DNA of 37,728 bases from Spirochaetales bacterium (GCA_002748225.1 PDRU01000080.1:1-37728); one strand, 5' to 3'; positions 9,554 through 19,730 are shown, counted from the first letter of the stretch. Numbers and translations: made by a program. The notes: a model not told the origin generated them from the letters alone.

Positions 9554-11266
9554 ATGCCTGAATGGATTAGTCAGTTTTTCAAGAAGATTGGAGAACAGTG
9601 GAGCAAGTGGTCTGCCATGCGCAAGATCCTGCTCATCGGAATTGTGGTGGTGGTTGCGGCAGCCTTTATTCTGCTGGCCACCATGTCGTCCCGGCCGGCA
9701 CAGGTAGCTGTTTTTAACGCTGCGGTAACGGATCAGTCGCTGGCCGACAGAATATCCACAGCTCTGGACGCGGAGAATATCAGTCACAGCTTTGGACCCG
9801 ACAGCCGTTTCTACGCGCCGGATGAAGCAACCGCCCGCAAAGCCCGGGCGCTGCTGGTACGCGAAGACCTGCTGCCCGGCAAGCTCGATCCGTGGAATTT
9901 CTTTACGGACATGGACCGCTGGACTCTCACCGACTTCGACCGGGATGTGAATCTCCAGCAGGCTATTATAAAAAATCTGGAAGCGCATATTTCCGCTCTG
10001 GACGATATCGATTCGGCCAACGTGTCTCTGGTTATTCCCAAGACAGAACTCTTTGCCGAGGATCAGAAACCGGTTACCGCGTCTGTTATTATTCAGCCCA
10101 AACCCGGCAGTGATATCAGTGAAAACCGCGGAAAAATTGAAGGTATTGTTAAACTGATCCAGTTTGCCGTTGAAGGTCTTTTAGCGGAGAACATTACCAT
10201 CAGCGATACCAAAGGTGTTCTGCTAAACGACTTTGAAGGCCTGGAAGATACAGACCGGCTGAACCTGGCCAGCCGCATGCTGCGCCAGAAACGCGCTCTG
10301 GAAAGCCAGTACACCGCTTCCATTATGAAGTCGCTTACCAATGTATTCACTGAATCCCGGGTGGATATTGTGAATTTCGATATCGATCTGGAATTCGTCA
10401 AAAAAGCCATACAGACCAAGGAGCATTTCCCGGTTACCATGGTGGAAGACAACCCGGATACCCCCTACAGTGAAAGGGAAGTTATTCCCTCCATTGTCCG
10501 CAGCCGGGAAAACAGCCGCGAGAATTTTGAAGGTACCGGTTTTAACCCCGAAGGCCCTCCGGGACAGGAAGGACAGACTCCTCCGGCCTACCAGGATCTT
10601 ACCAATCTGGTAGGGCATTATGAATCGAACAAAAACATTGAGAATTTTGAAATAAACGAACGGAACATTACCGAAGAGAAAAGTCCCTACAGCATTCAGC
10701 GCATCAGTCTGGGACTGGTTATAGACGGTACATGGGAAATTAAATTCGACGAAGAAGGAAACCCCGTTGTTCTGCCCGGAGGGCGCAGGGAACGGATCTA
10801 TACACCTGTTGATCCGGCCGTTCTGGTACAGGCCCGCAAAGCTATTGAAGGAGCCGTGGGTTATTCCAGTGCGCGGGGAGACATTGTTACGGTAGAAAAC
10901 ATTCCTTTTGACCGTACCGAACAGTTCCGGCTGGAAGATGAGGCCTGGGCAAAAACTCAGCAGAGACAGGCTATAATCCGCTGGAGTATTATAGGCATAG
11001 CTGTCCTGCTGTTCCTCTTTGCGGTTATCAGAATGATCAGCCGTTACATTCAGAAAAAACGCCGTGAACGTGAAGAAGAACTGGCCAGACAGCATCAGGC
11101 CATGCGTGAACAGGCTCTGCGCAGTGCTGAAGAAGAGGGCATTGATGTGGAAATGTCGGTTCAGGAACGCACCCGCATCGAAATGCAGGAGAACGCGAAA
11201 AATATGGCCCGGGAGCATCCCGAAGATGTGGCTCAGCTTATCCGTACCTGGCTGGCCGAGGAGTAA
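9554..11266 (+). CDS. fliF: Flagellar MS-ring protein FliF
   Basis: Two TM segments flank a large periplasmic region containing FAEDQKPVTASVII and AVEGLLAENITISD; C-terminal PEDVAQLIRTWL. The likely start is ATG 9554. Confidence 0.96.
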   Translation: MPEWISQFFKKIGEQWSKWSAMRKILLIGIVVVVAAAFILLATMSSRPAQVAVFNAAVTDQSLADRISTALDAENISHSFGPDSRFYAPDEATARKARALLVREDLLPGKLDPWNFFTDMDRWTLTDFDRDVNLQQAIIKNLEAHISALDDIDSANVSLVIPKTELFAEDQKPVTASVIIQPKPGSDISENRGKIEGIVKLIQFAVEGLLAENITISDTKGVLLNDFEGLEDTDRLNLASRMLRQKRALESQYTASIMKSLTNVFTESRVDIVNFDIDLEFVKKAIQTKEHFPVTMVEDNPDTPYSEREVIPSIVRSRENSRENFEGTGFNPEGPPGQEGQTPPAYQDLTNLVGHYESNKNIENFEINERNITEEKSPYSIQRISLGLVIDGTWEIKFDEEGNPVVLPGGRRERIYTPVDPAVLVQARKAIEGAVGYSSARGDIVTVENIPFDRTEQFRLEDEAWAKTQQRQAIIRWSIIGIAVLLFLFAVIRMISRYIQKKRREREEELARQHQAMREQALRSAEEEGIDVEMSVQERTRIEMQENAKNMAREHPEDVAQLIRTWLAEE

Positions 11267-11269
11267 TAT

Positions 11270-12352
11270 ATGGCTAAAGAAAGTGCCGTTTCCGGCAATG
11301 AAGAACGAAAAAATCCCCCCGGGGGTTCCCGCTTATCCACTTCCATGCACAAGGAATCGCTGAGCGGAAAACAGAAGGCCGCCATATTTCTTGTTACACT
11401 GGGTTCGGATATATCGGCTGAAATATTCAAGCATCTGAGGGAAGATGAAATAGAAACACTCACCTGGGAAATTGCCCGTCTGGAACACATAGAGCCGGAC
11501 GACAGGGATATGGTGCTTCAGGAGTTCCAGGAACTCATGATGGCTCAGGACTTCATTACCACCGGCGGTATCGATTACGCCCGTGAGCTGCTGGAGAAGT
11601 CGCTGGGTACCCAGAAAGCGGTTGATATTATAAACCGGCTGACTAGTTCGCTGAAAACGCGCCCCTTCGACTTTATCCGTCGTACCGATCCGGCCAACCT
11701 GCTCAACCTTATTCAGCAGGAGCATCCGCAGACAATTTCATTGATCCTGGCCTATCTGGAAGCACCTAAAGCTTCTCTTATACTGGCCCAGCTTCCGCAG
11801 GAAAAACAGTCGGATGTTGCCAAGAGAATTGCTACCATGGACCGTACCAGCCCTGAAATTTTAAGGGAAGTAGAGCGGGTTCTGGATAAAAAACTTTCCT
11901 CCCTGTCGCACGAAGATTACACAGCCGCCGGCGGTGTGGAAAGTATTGTTGATATTCTGAACCTGGTAGACCGTACAACAGAAAAATCCATTATCGAGTC
12001 GCTGGAAGAAGAAGATCCGGAACTGGCCGAAGAAATCAAAAAACGCATGTTTGTATTCGAAGACATCGTTATGCTCGACGACAGGGCCATTCAGAGAGTT
12101 CTGCGCGAAGTGGACACCAACGAACTGGCCAAAGCGCTCAAGGCGGTGGATCCGGAAGTTCAGGACAAAATTTTCCGCAACATGTCCAAACGTGCCGCCG
12201 CGCTGCTTAAGGAAGACATGGATTACATGGGGCCGACACGGCGCAAGGATGTGGAAGAATCCCAGCAGAAAATTGTGTCGGTTATCCGCAAGCTGGAAGA
12301 GCAGGGCGATATTGTTATTGCCCGTTCCGGCGAAGAAGACGTGCTGGTTTAG
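11270..12352 (+). CDS. fliG: Flagellar motor switch protein FliG
   Basis: Motifs KQKAAIFLVTLG, GGIDYA, PFDF, EHPQTI, MFVFED and NMSKRAA. Confidence 0.99.
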   Translation: MAKESAVSGNEERKNPPGGSRLSTSMHKESLSGKQKAAIFLVTLGSDISAEIFKHLREDEIETLTWEIARLEHIEPDDRDMVLQEFQELMMAQDFITTGGIDYARELLEKSLGTQKAVDIINRLTSSLKTRPFDFIRRTDPANLLNLIQQEHPQTISLILAYLEAPKASLILAQLPQEKQSDVAKRIATMDRTSPEILREVERVLDKKLSSLSHEDYTAAGGVESIVDILNLVDRTTEKSIIESLEEEDPELAEEIKKRMFVFEDIVMLDDRAIQRVLREVDTNELAKALKAVDPEVQDKIFRNMSKRAAALLKEDMDYMGPTRRKDVEESQQKIVSVIRKLEEQGDIVIARSGEEDVLV

Positions 12353-12370
12353 TTCTTTCAGGAGGTTATT

Positions 12371-13273
12371 ATGCCCAAAAATGTATTTCGGGCCATGGAA
12401 ATTGTTGATTTAACAGCTCAGAAAGTAAAGGTGCAGGCCCCGGTTTTTGAAGTGGAAGAGGCGGAACCCGAAGAAATATACGAAGGCCCCACCGCCGAGG
12501 ATCTGCGCCTTGAAGCGGAAGCCTTCCGGGAGTCCTGGGCTGATGAAAAAGAGCAGCTTATCAAGCAGGCTCATGAAGAAGCCGAGCAGATCCGCAAACA
12601 GGCCGAGCAGACGGCTTTTGAAGAAGTTAAAGCCCAGACGGACGCGGCCATCCGCGACAAGCGCATTGCCGAAGATGAGGCGGAACGTATAAAAACCGAG
12701 GCCCAGTCTGAAGCTGAAAGAATTATTCAGGACGCCGAGAACCGCAGGGAGCAGGTTTTTGCCGAGGCGCGGGCCGAAGCGGTGAATGAAGGGCGCGAAG
12801 AAGGCTGGCAGGAAGGGCGCGAAGAAGCGCAGCGGCTTATTGACCGCCTGCATAAAATTCTGGATGCCTCCATTGAAAAACGTCAGGAAATAATTGACGA
12901 AGCGGAAACGCAGCTTATCGATCTGGTTCTGCTTATTTCCCGCAAAGTGGTTAAGGTTATCAGTGAGAACCAGAAAAACGTGGTTATTAACAACATTGTG
13001 CAGGCGCTGCGGAAACTCAAGAGCCGGGGCGATGTGGCCATTCGCGTTAATCTGGCCGATCTGGATTTAACCACCGAGCATGTCAAAGACTTTATGCGCA
13101 TGGCTGAAAATGTTAAATCCATTACTGTTCTGGAAGATTCTTCTGTAGACAAGGGCGGTGCTGTTATTGAAACCGACTTCGGTCAGATTGACGCCCGTGT
13201 TTCCAGCCAGCTGAGGGAAATTGAAGAGAAAATACTGGAACTTGTTCCCATCCGCAGCAGAGGGGAGGGATAG
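12371..13273 (+). CDS. fliH: Flagellar assembly protein FliH
   Basis: Long coiled coil with GxxxG repeats (EGREEGWQEG) and C-terminal GGAVIETDFGQIDARVSSQL; lies between fliG and fliI. Confidence 0.95.
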   Translation: MPKNVFRAMEIVDLTAQKVKVQAPVFEVEEAEPEEIYEGPTAEDLRLEAEAFRESWADEKEQLIKQAHEEAEQIRKQAEQTAFEEVKAQTDAAIRDKRIAEDEAERIKTEAQSEAERIIQDAENRREQVFAEARAEAVNEGREEGWQEGREEAQRLIDRLHKILDASIEKRQEIIDEAETQLIDLVLLISRKVVKVISENQKNVVINNIVQALRKLKSRGDVAIRVNLADLDLTTEHVKDFMRMAENVKSITVLEDSSVDKGGAVIETDFGQIDARVSSQLREIEEKILELVPIRSRGEG

Positions 13274-13276
13274 AAC

Positions 13277-14495
13277 ATGGTTCTGGATAAATATCTGAGT
13301 GCCGTGGACCGTGTAGATCCTGTAAAGTACCTGGGAAGGGTGAAACGTGTTCAGGGTTTCCGGTCTGGAGGCCGGTGATGCTGTTGTGGCTTCCGGCGGC
13401 CCTCTTGATGTTGCCGTCAGCGAAGATATGCTCGGCCGGGTTTTTGACGCTCTGGGACGCCCCATGGACGGCAAAGGCCCCATCAGCGTGCAGCAGTACT
13501 ATCCTCTGCACGCGGAACCTCCCTCTCCCATGGAAAGAGAGCCTATCTCGCGTCCTCTGTACACCGGCATCCGGGCTGTTGATGCCCTTTCTCCTGTCGG
13601 CCGGGGACAGCGGATGGGCATTTTTGCCGGTTCGGGTGTGGGTAAATCCACACTGCTGGGAATGGTGGCCCGGAATACATCGGCCGATGTAAACGTTATT
13701 GCGCTCATTGGTGAACGCGGCAGGGAAGTGCGTGAATTTATTGAAAACGATCTGGGAAAAGAAGGACTGAAACGTTCGGTGCTGATCGTTTCCACTTCCG
13801 ATACTCCGGCCCTGGCGCGTGTGCGGGGAGCCTTTACGGCTACTGCTGTGGCCGAATACTTCCGTGACAGGGGTAACGATGTCATGCTGCTCTTTGACTC
13901 TGTTACCCGTTTTGCCATGAGTCAGAGGGAAATTGGTCTGGCCGTAGGCGAACCGCCGACAACACGCAGCTACACTCCTTCGGTCTTCTCCCTTATGCCT
14001 CGTCTGCTGGAACGGCCGGGTGTTTCAAGCCGGGGAACCATAACGGGTTTATACACCGTTCTTGTAGAAGGCGATGATCTGGATGAACCTGTTTCGGATG
14101 CGGTACGCGGCTATCTGGACGGACATATCGTTCTGAGCCGGAGCCTGGCGGAGAAGAATCATTATCCGGCCATTGATATTCTGAGAACTATCAGCCGTGT
14201 TGCTCCGCGGATTATGAGTCCCCGGACATCCAAAGCGGCAGCCCGCATAAAGCGTCTGACAGCGTCATACAAGGAAAAAGAAGATTTAATTGATGTCGGC
14301 GCCTATGTCAGGGGAACGGATCCGGAGGTGGATGAAGCCATAGAAAAGAAATCGGCCATTGACGGTTTCCTTATGCAGGGAATAACAGAGCACGATGAGC
14401 CTGAAGAAATGTTCAGGAAAGCAGCTGAGCTGGCGGGGGTAATGGACAATGACGGCGGAGATACAGTTAATGACACAGTTTCAGTTCTCGCTTGA
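13277..14495 (+). pseudogene. fliI: Flagellar export ATPase FliI, disrupted as sequenced by a frame-shifting internal deletion near 13355
   Basis: ATG 13277 with SD GGAGG gives MVLDKYLSAVDRVDPVKYLGRVKRVQG and stops at 13376-13378. The ATPase core (GQRMGIFAGSGVGKST, LIGERGREV, DSVTRFA, LDGHIVLSR) is in a different frame from ~13356. Confidence 0.85.
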
Positions 14496-14910
14496 AACCC
14501 TGCTTTCGCTGCGCAGGGAACAGGAGCAGGAATGTGAAATTGCTCTTTCACGTGCGGTGGGCCGGCTTGTGAATATCGAAAAGCAGATTGAAGATGCCGC
14601 AAAAAAAGGTGAAGAGGTTTTTCTGGCCGGAGGAAACACTCTGGAGTTGCTGAGACTGCGGGAAAATGTCTGGCAGAAAAGCCGTCAGGATATTCAGAAA
14701 CTGCAGGAACCCCGCGAAGAAGCCCGGCAGCAGGTGTCAAAAGAACGTCATGTCTACCGGCAGGCGCACGCAAAAAAAATGGCATTGGAAAAGCTGCGGG
14801 AAAAGCGGAAGGAAGAGTGGAAAATCAAAATAAAACGGGAAGAAATAAAACAACTGGATGAAGTGGCTAAAGGAGCCGCCGCACGTATGAAACTGAGGGG
14901 AGGGGAATAA
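14470..14910 (+). CDS. fliJ: Flagellar export protein FliJ
   Basis: ATG 14470 with SD GGAG. Sequence FQFSLETLLSLR...ALEKLREKR...EIKQLDE is a coiled coil; follows fliI. Confidence 0.88.
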   Translation: MTQFQFSLETLLSLRREQEQECEIALSRAVGRLVNIEKQIEDAAKKGEEVFLAGGNTLELLRLRENVWQKSRQDIQKLQEPREEARQQVSKERHVYRQAHAKKMALEKLREKRKEEWKIKIKREEIKQLDEVAKGAAARMKLRGGE

Positions 14911-15548
14911 TGAGGACATACAGCCGCGGAGGGGGATTTGCCCGGATCTTTTTTCTTGTCATATTAATTATAGCTTTACTTATCGGCGGTCTGGTATGGC
15001 TGGATTTTCTGGGTATTATTGACGTTAAAGACCGTCTTGCCCCTTTTACCTCTCTTTTTGGAGTCCGGCCGCGTACGGAGGTGGAAGAACCCTTTTCACC
15101 CCTGCTGCTGGACGCGGACCGTCTGGAAAAAGAACGTCAGGCTGTCAGAATAGAGCGTACAGACCTTGAAACCCGTTCCGGAAGCCTGGATCTGCGCGAA
15201 GCAGAGGTTCGGCAGAAGGAAAGTGAACTGAGTGAAAAAGAACGTTCTTTGAAGGAAAAAGAAAATTCTCTAATAGAGGCCGTCAGTCAATACGACAATA
15301 TAGTAGCGAACCTTGAACAAACCGCCCGGCATATGAAGAATATGCCGCCTGCTGACGCGGTGGCCATTATGGACGAGTACGACTTGAGAGATCTTGTCGA
15401 CTTGCTGCGGACCAGTGAGCGGTTATCCATGGAAGCCGGAGAATCCTCTCTGGTTCCCTACTGGATTTCCCTCATGGCAGACAGAACGCGGGCAGCGGAA
15501 ATTGAACGGATGATGGTTGAAAAACCGGGAGTGGATTTGGACAGGTAA
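14910..15548 (+). CDS. flbB: Periplasmic flagellar collar protein FlbB
   Basis: N-terminal TM with GGLVWLDFLGIID, then a coiled coil and MPPADAVAIM; occupies the spirochaete slot between fliJ and fliK. Confidence 0.85.
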   Translation: MRTYSRGGGFARIFFLVILIIALLIGGLVWLDFLGIIDVKDRLAPFTSLFGVRPRTEVEEPFSPLLLDADRLEKERQAVRIERTDLETRSGSLDLREAEVRQKESELSEKERSLKEKENSLIEAVSQYDNIVANLEQTARHMKNMPPADAVAIMDEYDLRDLVDLLRTSERLSMEAGESSLVPYWISLMADRTRAAEIERMMVEKPGVDLDR

Positions 15549-15591
15549 GCCGCCGGGCTGCTGAAAAAAGCGGCCCGAAAGGAATGGCTTA

Positions 15592-16848
15592 ATGGCAATG
15601 GCTTTGATGAATGCCGCCCCGGCGGTGTCACAGACAGGCAGAATAAGGGAGAACACCGGCAAGGCTCAGGCAATGCCGGAAAATCCCCCGGGCAAAACTT
15701 TTGCCGAGCTGGTAGAAAAGGCCGGCAGGGCGGAAGAATCCCGGCCTGAAAAAACAGACCCTGGAAAAGCATCTCAAACAGAAAAGACATCTGAAAAACG
15801 CCGTGAGCACGGTGAGCACGGAAAAAACGCTGAAAAGGTTTCGGAAAAAAATTTAAAGAAACCGAACGCTCCAAAAGCCGGAGGCCCGGGCAGCAGACTG
15901 AAACCGGCGCAGCTTCGCGGAAATAAAAAAGACCAGAAAGAGTCTTTGAAAAGCCTTTCGGATAAAAGCCCTCAGAAACAGAGCGGAAAGAAAACGCCGG
16001 CTCTGGATTCGGCTTTTTCCGTGCATGAAGCTGCAGCCCCAAAGGCTGTTCAGACTGCCGCCCCGGTTCATGTCCCGGATCCGGATAAAACAAAACGGAC
16101 CAAAGCTGCCCCCCGCTCCGCGCGGCATAAAGCTGTTGACGCGCCGAATCTGACCAGCCGGGCCGGACGGGTGGAAGTTATTGATAAGCGGGCCGGTACA
16201 ACCGAACAAAAGGCTCAGCCCCTTATTGAGTCTGAAAGCGGAAACAGGCTGACGCTCCGGCGCCGGTCAGGCTCCAAAGAGCCTGTGGACACGCAGAAGA
16301 AACCAAATGTTTTATCGGAAAATAACGGAAATGCCGCCTTTAAGCTGCCTGTTGCGGAAACCGATATTGAACTGACACCCTCAGGTACTAAAAGCTTCCA
16401 GCGTTTTTCCGCGGCGCAGGAGCTGGCAAGAAAGCTGGACGCGCAGGCCGGAAACGATATTGTGCGTCAGGTAAAGGTTGTGCTTAACCGTGCCGATGCC
16501 GGTGAGGTCCGCATCAATCTGCGGCCGGAAAATCTGGGGCGTGTCAGTGTCAGAATACAGCTTCAGGATAATCAGCTCAGTGGACGCATATTTGTGGAAT
16601 CCGCCGCCGCCCGTGAAGCTTTCCGCGCGGCCCTGGACGGGCTGCAGACCCGCCTTGTGGAAAGCGGATTCGGTTCGGCCAGTCTGGAGCTTTCCTGGAA
16701 CGACTCTTCTGCCGGTTTTGCCGGAGGGGAACCGAAACAGCAGAAAGGTTCGGAACTGGCCGCTCAGGCAGCCCCTGAACTCGAAAACAGAATATCCGCG
16801 GTGTTTGTTGATGAAACAGATAACGGCCGGATCAATATGGTGGTATAG
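15592..16848 (+). CDS. fliK: Flagellar hook-length control protein FliK
   Basis: Low-complexity K/A/P/E-rich N-region and a C-terminal FliK domain (GEVRINLRPENLGRVSVRI); directly precedes flgD. Confidence 0.92.
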   Translation: MAMALMNAAPAVSQTGRIRENTGKAQAMPENPPGKTFAELVEKAGRAEESRPEKTDPGKASQTEKTSEKRREHGEHGKNAEKVSEKNLKKPNAPKAGGPGSRLKPAQLRGNKKDQKESLKSLSDKSPQKQSGKKTPALDSAFSVHEAAAPKAVQTAAPVHVPDPDKTKRTKAAPRSARHKAVDAPNLTSRAGRVEVIDKRAGTTEQKAQPLIESESGNRLTLRRRSGSKEPVDTQKKPNVLSENNGNAAFKLPVAETDIELTPSGTKSFQRFSAAQELARKLDAQAGNDIVRQVKVVLNRADAGEVRINLRPENLGRVSVRIQLQDNQLSGRIFVESAAAREAFRAALDGLQTRLVESGFGSASLELSWNDSSAGFAGGEPKQQKGSELAAQAAPELENRISAVFVDETDNGRINMVV

Positions 16849-16856
16849 GAGCCAAT

Positions 16857-17291
16857 ATGGATATTGCAGCAACAATGAAAGGTTCGGAGAAAGCCGCGCT
16901 GGACATGCAGGTGGAAGCTTTTAACAAGGCTCTCAACGGAACAGCCGCACCGCAGAAGAATCTGGATAAAGACGATTTTCTGAAAATTCTTATTACCCAG
17001 CTTCAGTATCAGGATCCCACCAAGCCCATGGAAGACCGGGAGTTTATTGCTCAGATGGCCCAGTTCTCTTCTTTGGAACAGATGACCAACATGAGCCGCC
17101 AGTTCACGGAACTTTCGGCCGCCTTAAAAGGCTCGCAGGCCATGAACCTGATTGGCCGGACAGTTGAAGTGGTGCAGGGCGATTCGGTTGTAGAGGGAGT
17201 GGTAGAGGCCGTCAGCGGCGGAACCTACCCCCAGATCCTGGTTAACGGTGTCTATTACGACTATGAAGATATTTCGAAAGTAACCCAGTAG
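16857..17291 (+). CDS. flgD: Flagellar hook capping protein FlgD
   Basis: Motif LDKDDFLKILITQLQYQDPTKPMEDREFIAQMAQFSSLEQ. Confidence 0.97.
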   Translation: MDIAATMKGSEKAALDMQVEAFNKALNGTAAPQKNLDKDDFLKILITQLQYQDPTKPMEDREFIAQMAQFSSLEQMTNMSRQFTELSAALKGSQAMNLIGRTVEVVQGDSVVEGVVEAVSGGTYPQILVNGVYYDYEDISKVTQ

Positions 17292-17305
17292 GAGGAGATA
17301 AGGTT

Positions 17306-18718
17306 ATGATGCGATCCCTTTATTCCGGAGTTTCCGGACTGCAGAATCATCAAATTCGTATGGATGTTATTGGTAATAACATATCCAACGTCAACACCAT
17401 AGGTTTTAAAAAAGGCCGGGTGAACTTTCAGGATCTTATCTCCCAGAACATGGGCGGCGCCGCGCGGCCTACGGAGGAAGTGGGCGGTGTGAACCCCAAA
17501 CAGGTTGGTCTGGGAATGATGGTGTCTGCCATAGATACCATTCACACGCAGGGCTCGCTGCAGTCAACCGGTGTTGTATCGGATATTGCCGTGCAGGGCA
17601 ACGGTTTTTATGTACTGCGTTACGGAGATAAAGAGCTTTATACCCGCGCCGGCGCCTTTGGTCTGGATGCCGACGGTTATCTGGTGAACCCGGCCAACGG
17701 TATGCGCCTGCAGGGCTGGCTGCCTGAAAAGTTTGAAGACGGAACCCTCGGCCCCATTAAAACAGCCGCGGATGTAACCGACCTTATTATTCCCGTGGGC
17801 GATAAAGACCCCGCGCGGGCCACAACTCTGGTGGAGCTGGCCTGTAACCTGGATAAGCGCACACCTGAAATTCCCCCGGGAGCTTCCCCGGCCCAGAGAA
17901 GCGAGGGCACCTGGAGTCTGGACAAGAAAATTTACGACTCCTTCGGAAATGTGCACATTATGCGGATGAACTTTACCCGCACTCCGGGTGTTAACAATTC
18001 CTGGGATGTTGTTGTACAGGTCGATCCCCTCCGTCCGGCCGACGCTGATGTGCCCTCCAACGTTACACTGGGCTTCGACCCCCTCACAGCTGCCGGAAAC
18101 GGCAACAACGAAGGTGAATTTACCATTACCTTCGATAACGTCGGTTCGGTAGCCACAGTTACTGACGCGCAGGGCAACCTGGCCAATGCCGGCCGTATCC
18201 AGATACCTGTTACTTTTGATGTGGAAAACGATGCCACCGGTCAGACCCTTACTCAGAACTTCCTGCTGGACATCGGTGAAGTGGGAAGCTACACCAATTC
18301 CACTACTCAGTTTGCCGAAACCTCCAGTACCAAGGCTTTCCGTCAGGACGGCTACACCATGGGGTATCTGGAAACCTACAAGATCGATCAGAGGGGAATT
18401 ATTACCGGAGTTTTTTCCAACGGAACAGAACGCGATCTGGGCCAGATAGCCCTGGCGCGGTTTACAAACCCCGGCGGTCTGGAAAAAGTTGGTGAAACCG
18501 CTTTTACCCGTTCCACCAACTCCGGCGACGCCCGGATAGGACCGTCAGGAGTGGCCGGTCTTGGAAAAATTATTTCCGGTACGCTGGAAATGAGCAACGT
18601 GGATCTGGCCGAACAGTTTACGGACATGATTGTTACTCAGAGAGGTTTTCAGTCCAACAGCAAAACCATTCAGACATCTGATCAGATGCTGCAGGAACTG
18701 CTTACCCTGAAACGGTAA
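17306..18718 (+). CDS. flgE: Flagellar hook protein FlgE
   Basis: N-terminal SLYSGVSGLQNHQIRMDVIGNNISNVNT, YTRAGAF, and C-terminal LEMSNVDLAEQFTDMIVTQRGFQSNSK. Confidence 0.98.
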   Translation: MMRSLYSGVSGLQNHQIRMDVIGNNISNVNTIGFKKGRVNFQDLISQNMGGAARPTEEVGGVNPKQVGLGMMVSAIDTIHTQGSLQSTGVVSDIAVQGNGFYVLRYGDKELYTRAGAFGLDADGYLVNPANGMRLQGWLPEKFEDGTLGPIKTAADVTDLIIPVGDKDPARATTLVELACNLDKRTPEIPPGASPAQRSEGTWSLDKKIYDSFGNVHIMRMNFTRTPGVNNSWDVVVQVDPLRPADADVPSNVTLGFDPLTAAGNGNNEGEFTITFDNVGSVATVTDAQGNLANAGRIQIPVTFDVENDATGQTLTQNFLLDIGEVGSYTNSTTQFAETSSTKAFRQDGYTMGYLETYKIDQRGIITGVFSNGTERDLGQIALARFTNPGGLEKVGETAFTRSTNSGDARIGPSGVAGLGKIISGTLEMSNVDLAEQFTDMIVTQRGFQSNSKTIQTSDQMLQELLTLKR

Positions 18719-18733
18719 TATTAGGATAATGGA

Positions 18734-18943
18734 ATGATAAAAGTCAGTTTACCGGGAAAAGCCGATCGCCATGTTTTACTGAATCCGCATCTTATTGAAT
18801 ATGTTGAAAGTGCCGGAGAGGGCCGGACAGCGCTGCTGCTGACCACCGGAAAAAAGTTTGTGGTGACCGAAACTCCCGATGAACTGCGTTCCCTGATTAT
18901 AGCGTACCGCCGGGAAATCGGCTGGAACGGCCAGGAGGAGTAA
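18734..18943 (+). CDS. flbD: Flagellar FlbD (SwrD) family protein
   Basis: 69 aa with LNPHLIEYVE...LTTGKKFVVTE; lies between flgE and motA. Confidence 0.88.
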   Translation: MIKVSLPGKADRHVLLNPHLIEYVESAGEGRTALLLTTGKKFVVTETPDELRSLIIAYRREIGWNGQEE

Positions 18944-18947
18944 ACCT

Positions 18948-19727
18948 GTGGATATTGCAACAATCGGCGGAATGCTGGCCGGTTTCTTACTGATTATTAC
19001 CGCATTCTTTATTCCCAATGACGGAATAGGGGGCATTGTCGACCCCACCTCCTTTATTGTGGTTATTTTTGGTTCTTTTGCCGCCGTTATGGCGGCCAGT
19101 CCCCTTTCCCGGGCCCTGGGCTTTATGAAATATATGCGCATAGCGTTCCGCGTTCCTGTTTTTCAGAACAAAATGGAACTTATAAATCAGCTGGTGCAGT
19201 TCTCCGACAGTGCCCGTAAGGAAGGGCTGCTGTCTCTGGACGATTCCCTGGGAGAAGTGGAAGACGACTTTTTGCGGGGCGGACTGCGCCTTGTTGTCGA
19301 CGGAACCGATCCCGATGTTATTAAGCGCATTCTGTACACGAACCTGGATCAGGTGGAAAGCCGTCACAGTGACGGAATTGACTTCTTTGAACGATGGGCC
19401 AAGCTGGCTCCGGCTTTCGGAATGATCGGTACCCTTTTGGGACTTATCGGTATGATGGCGCATCTGGAGGATACTTCCAGTGTCGGTCCCAACATGGCCG
19501 TTGCTCTTGTTACCACTCTTTACGGTTCCATTTTTGCCAACCTGGTGTTATCTCCCATACAGTTTAAACTGGAAGACCGCCATAAAGAGGAAATGCAGAT
19601 AAAGGAAATAATGGTACAGGGTATCCTGTCCATTCAAAGCGGTGACAATCCGAGAATTCTGGAAGATAAGCTTCTTACCTTCCTGCCCCCGGATGAACGT
19701 CCCTCGCAAAGTGCTGCCGGAGATTAA
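18948..19727 (+). CDS. motA: Flagellar stator protein MotA
   Basis: GTG start with SD GGAGGAG. Motifs ARKEGLLSL, GLRLVVDG, APAFGMIGTLLGLI, MAVALVTTLYG and GDNPR. Confidence 0.97.
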   Translation: MDIATIGGMLAGFLLIITAFFIPNDGIGGIVDPTSFIVVIFGSFAAVMAASPLSRALGFMKYMRIAFRVPVFQNKMELINQLVQFSDSARKEGLLSLDDSLGEVEDDFLRGGLRLVVDGTDPDVIKRILYTNLDQVESRHSDGIDFFERWAKLAPAFGMIGTLLGLIGMMAHLEDTSSVGPNMAVALVTTLYGSIFANLVLSPIQFKLEDRHKEEMQIKEIMVQGILSIQSGDNPRILEDKLLTFLPPDERPSQSAAGD

Positions 19728-19730
19728 TGA

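Noticed and set aside
13354-13360. Slippery heptamer G GGT TTC at the fliI break, suggesting programmed frameshifting
   Set aside because: It would promote a -1 shift, but a +1 shift is needed to reach the ATPase frame, and recoding cannot supply the apparently missing residues.
15592-16400. Low-complexity K/A/P-rich region as a novel or foreign insert
   Set aside because: This is the expected disordered ruler region of FliK.
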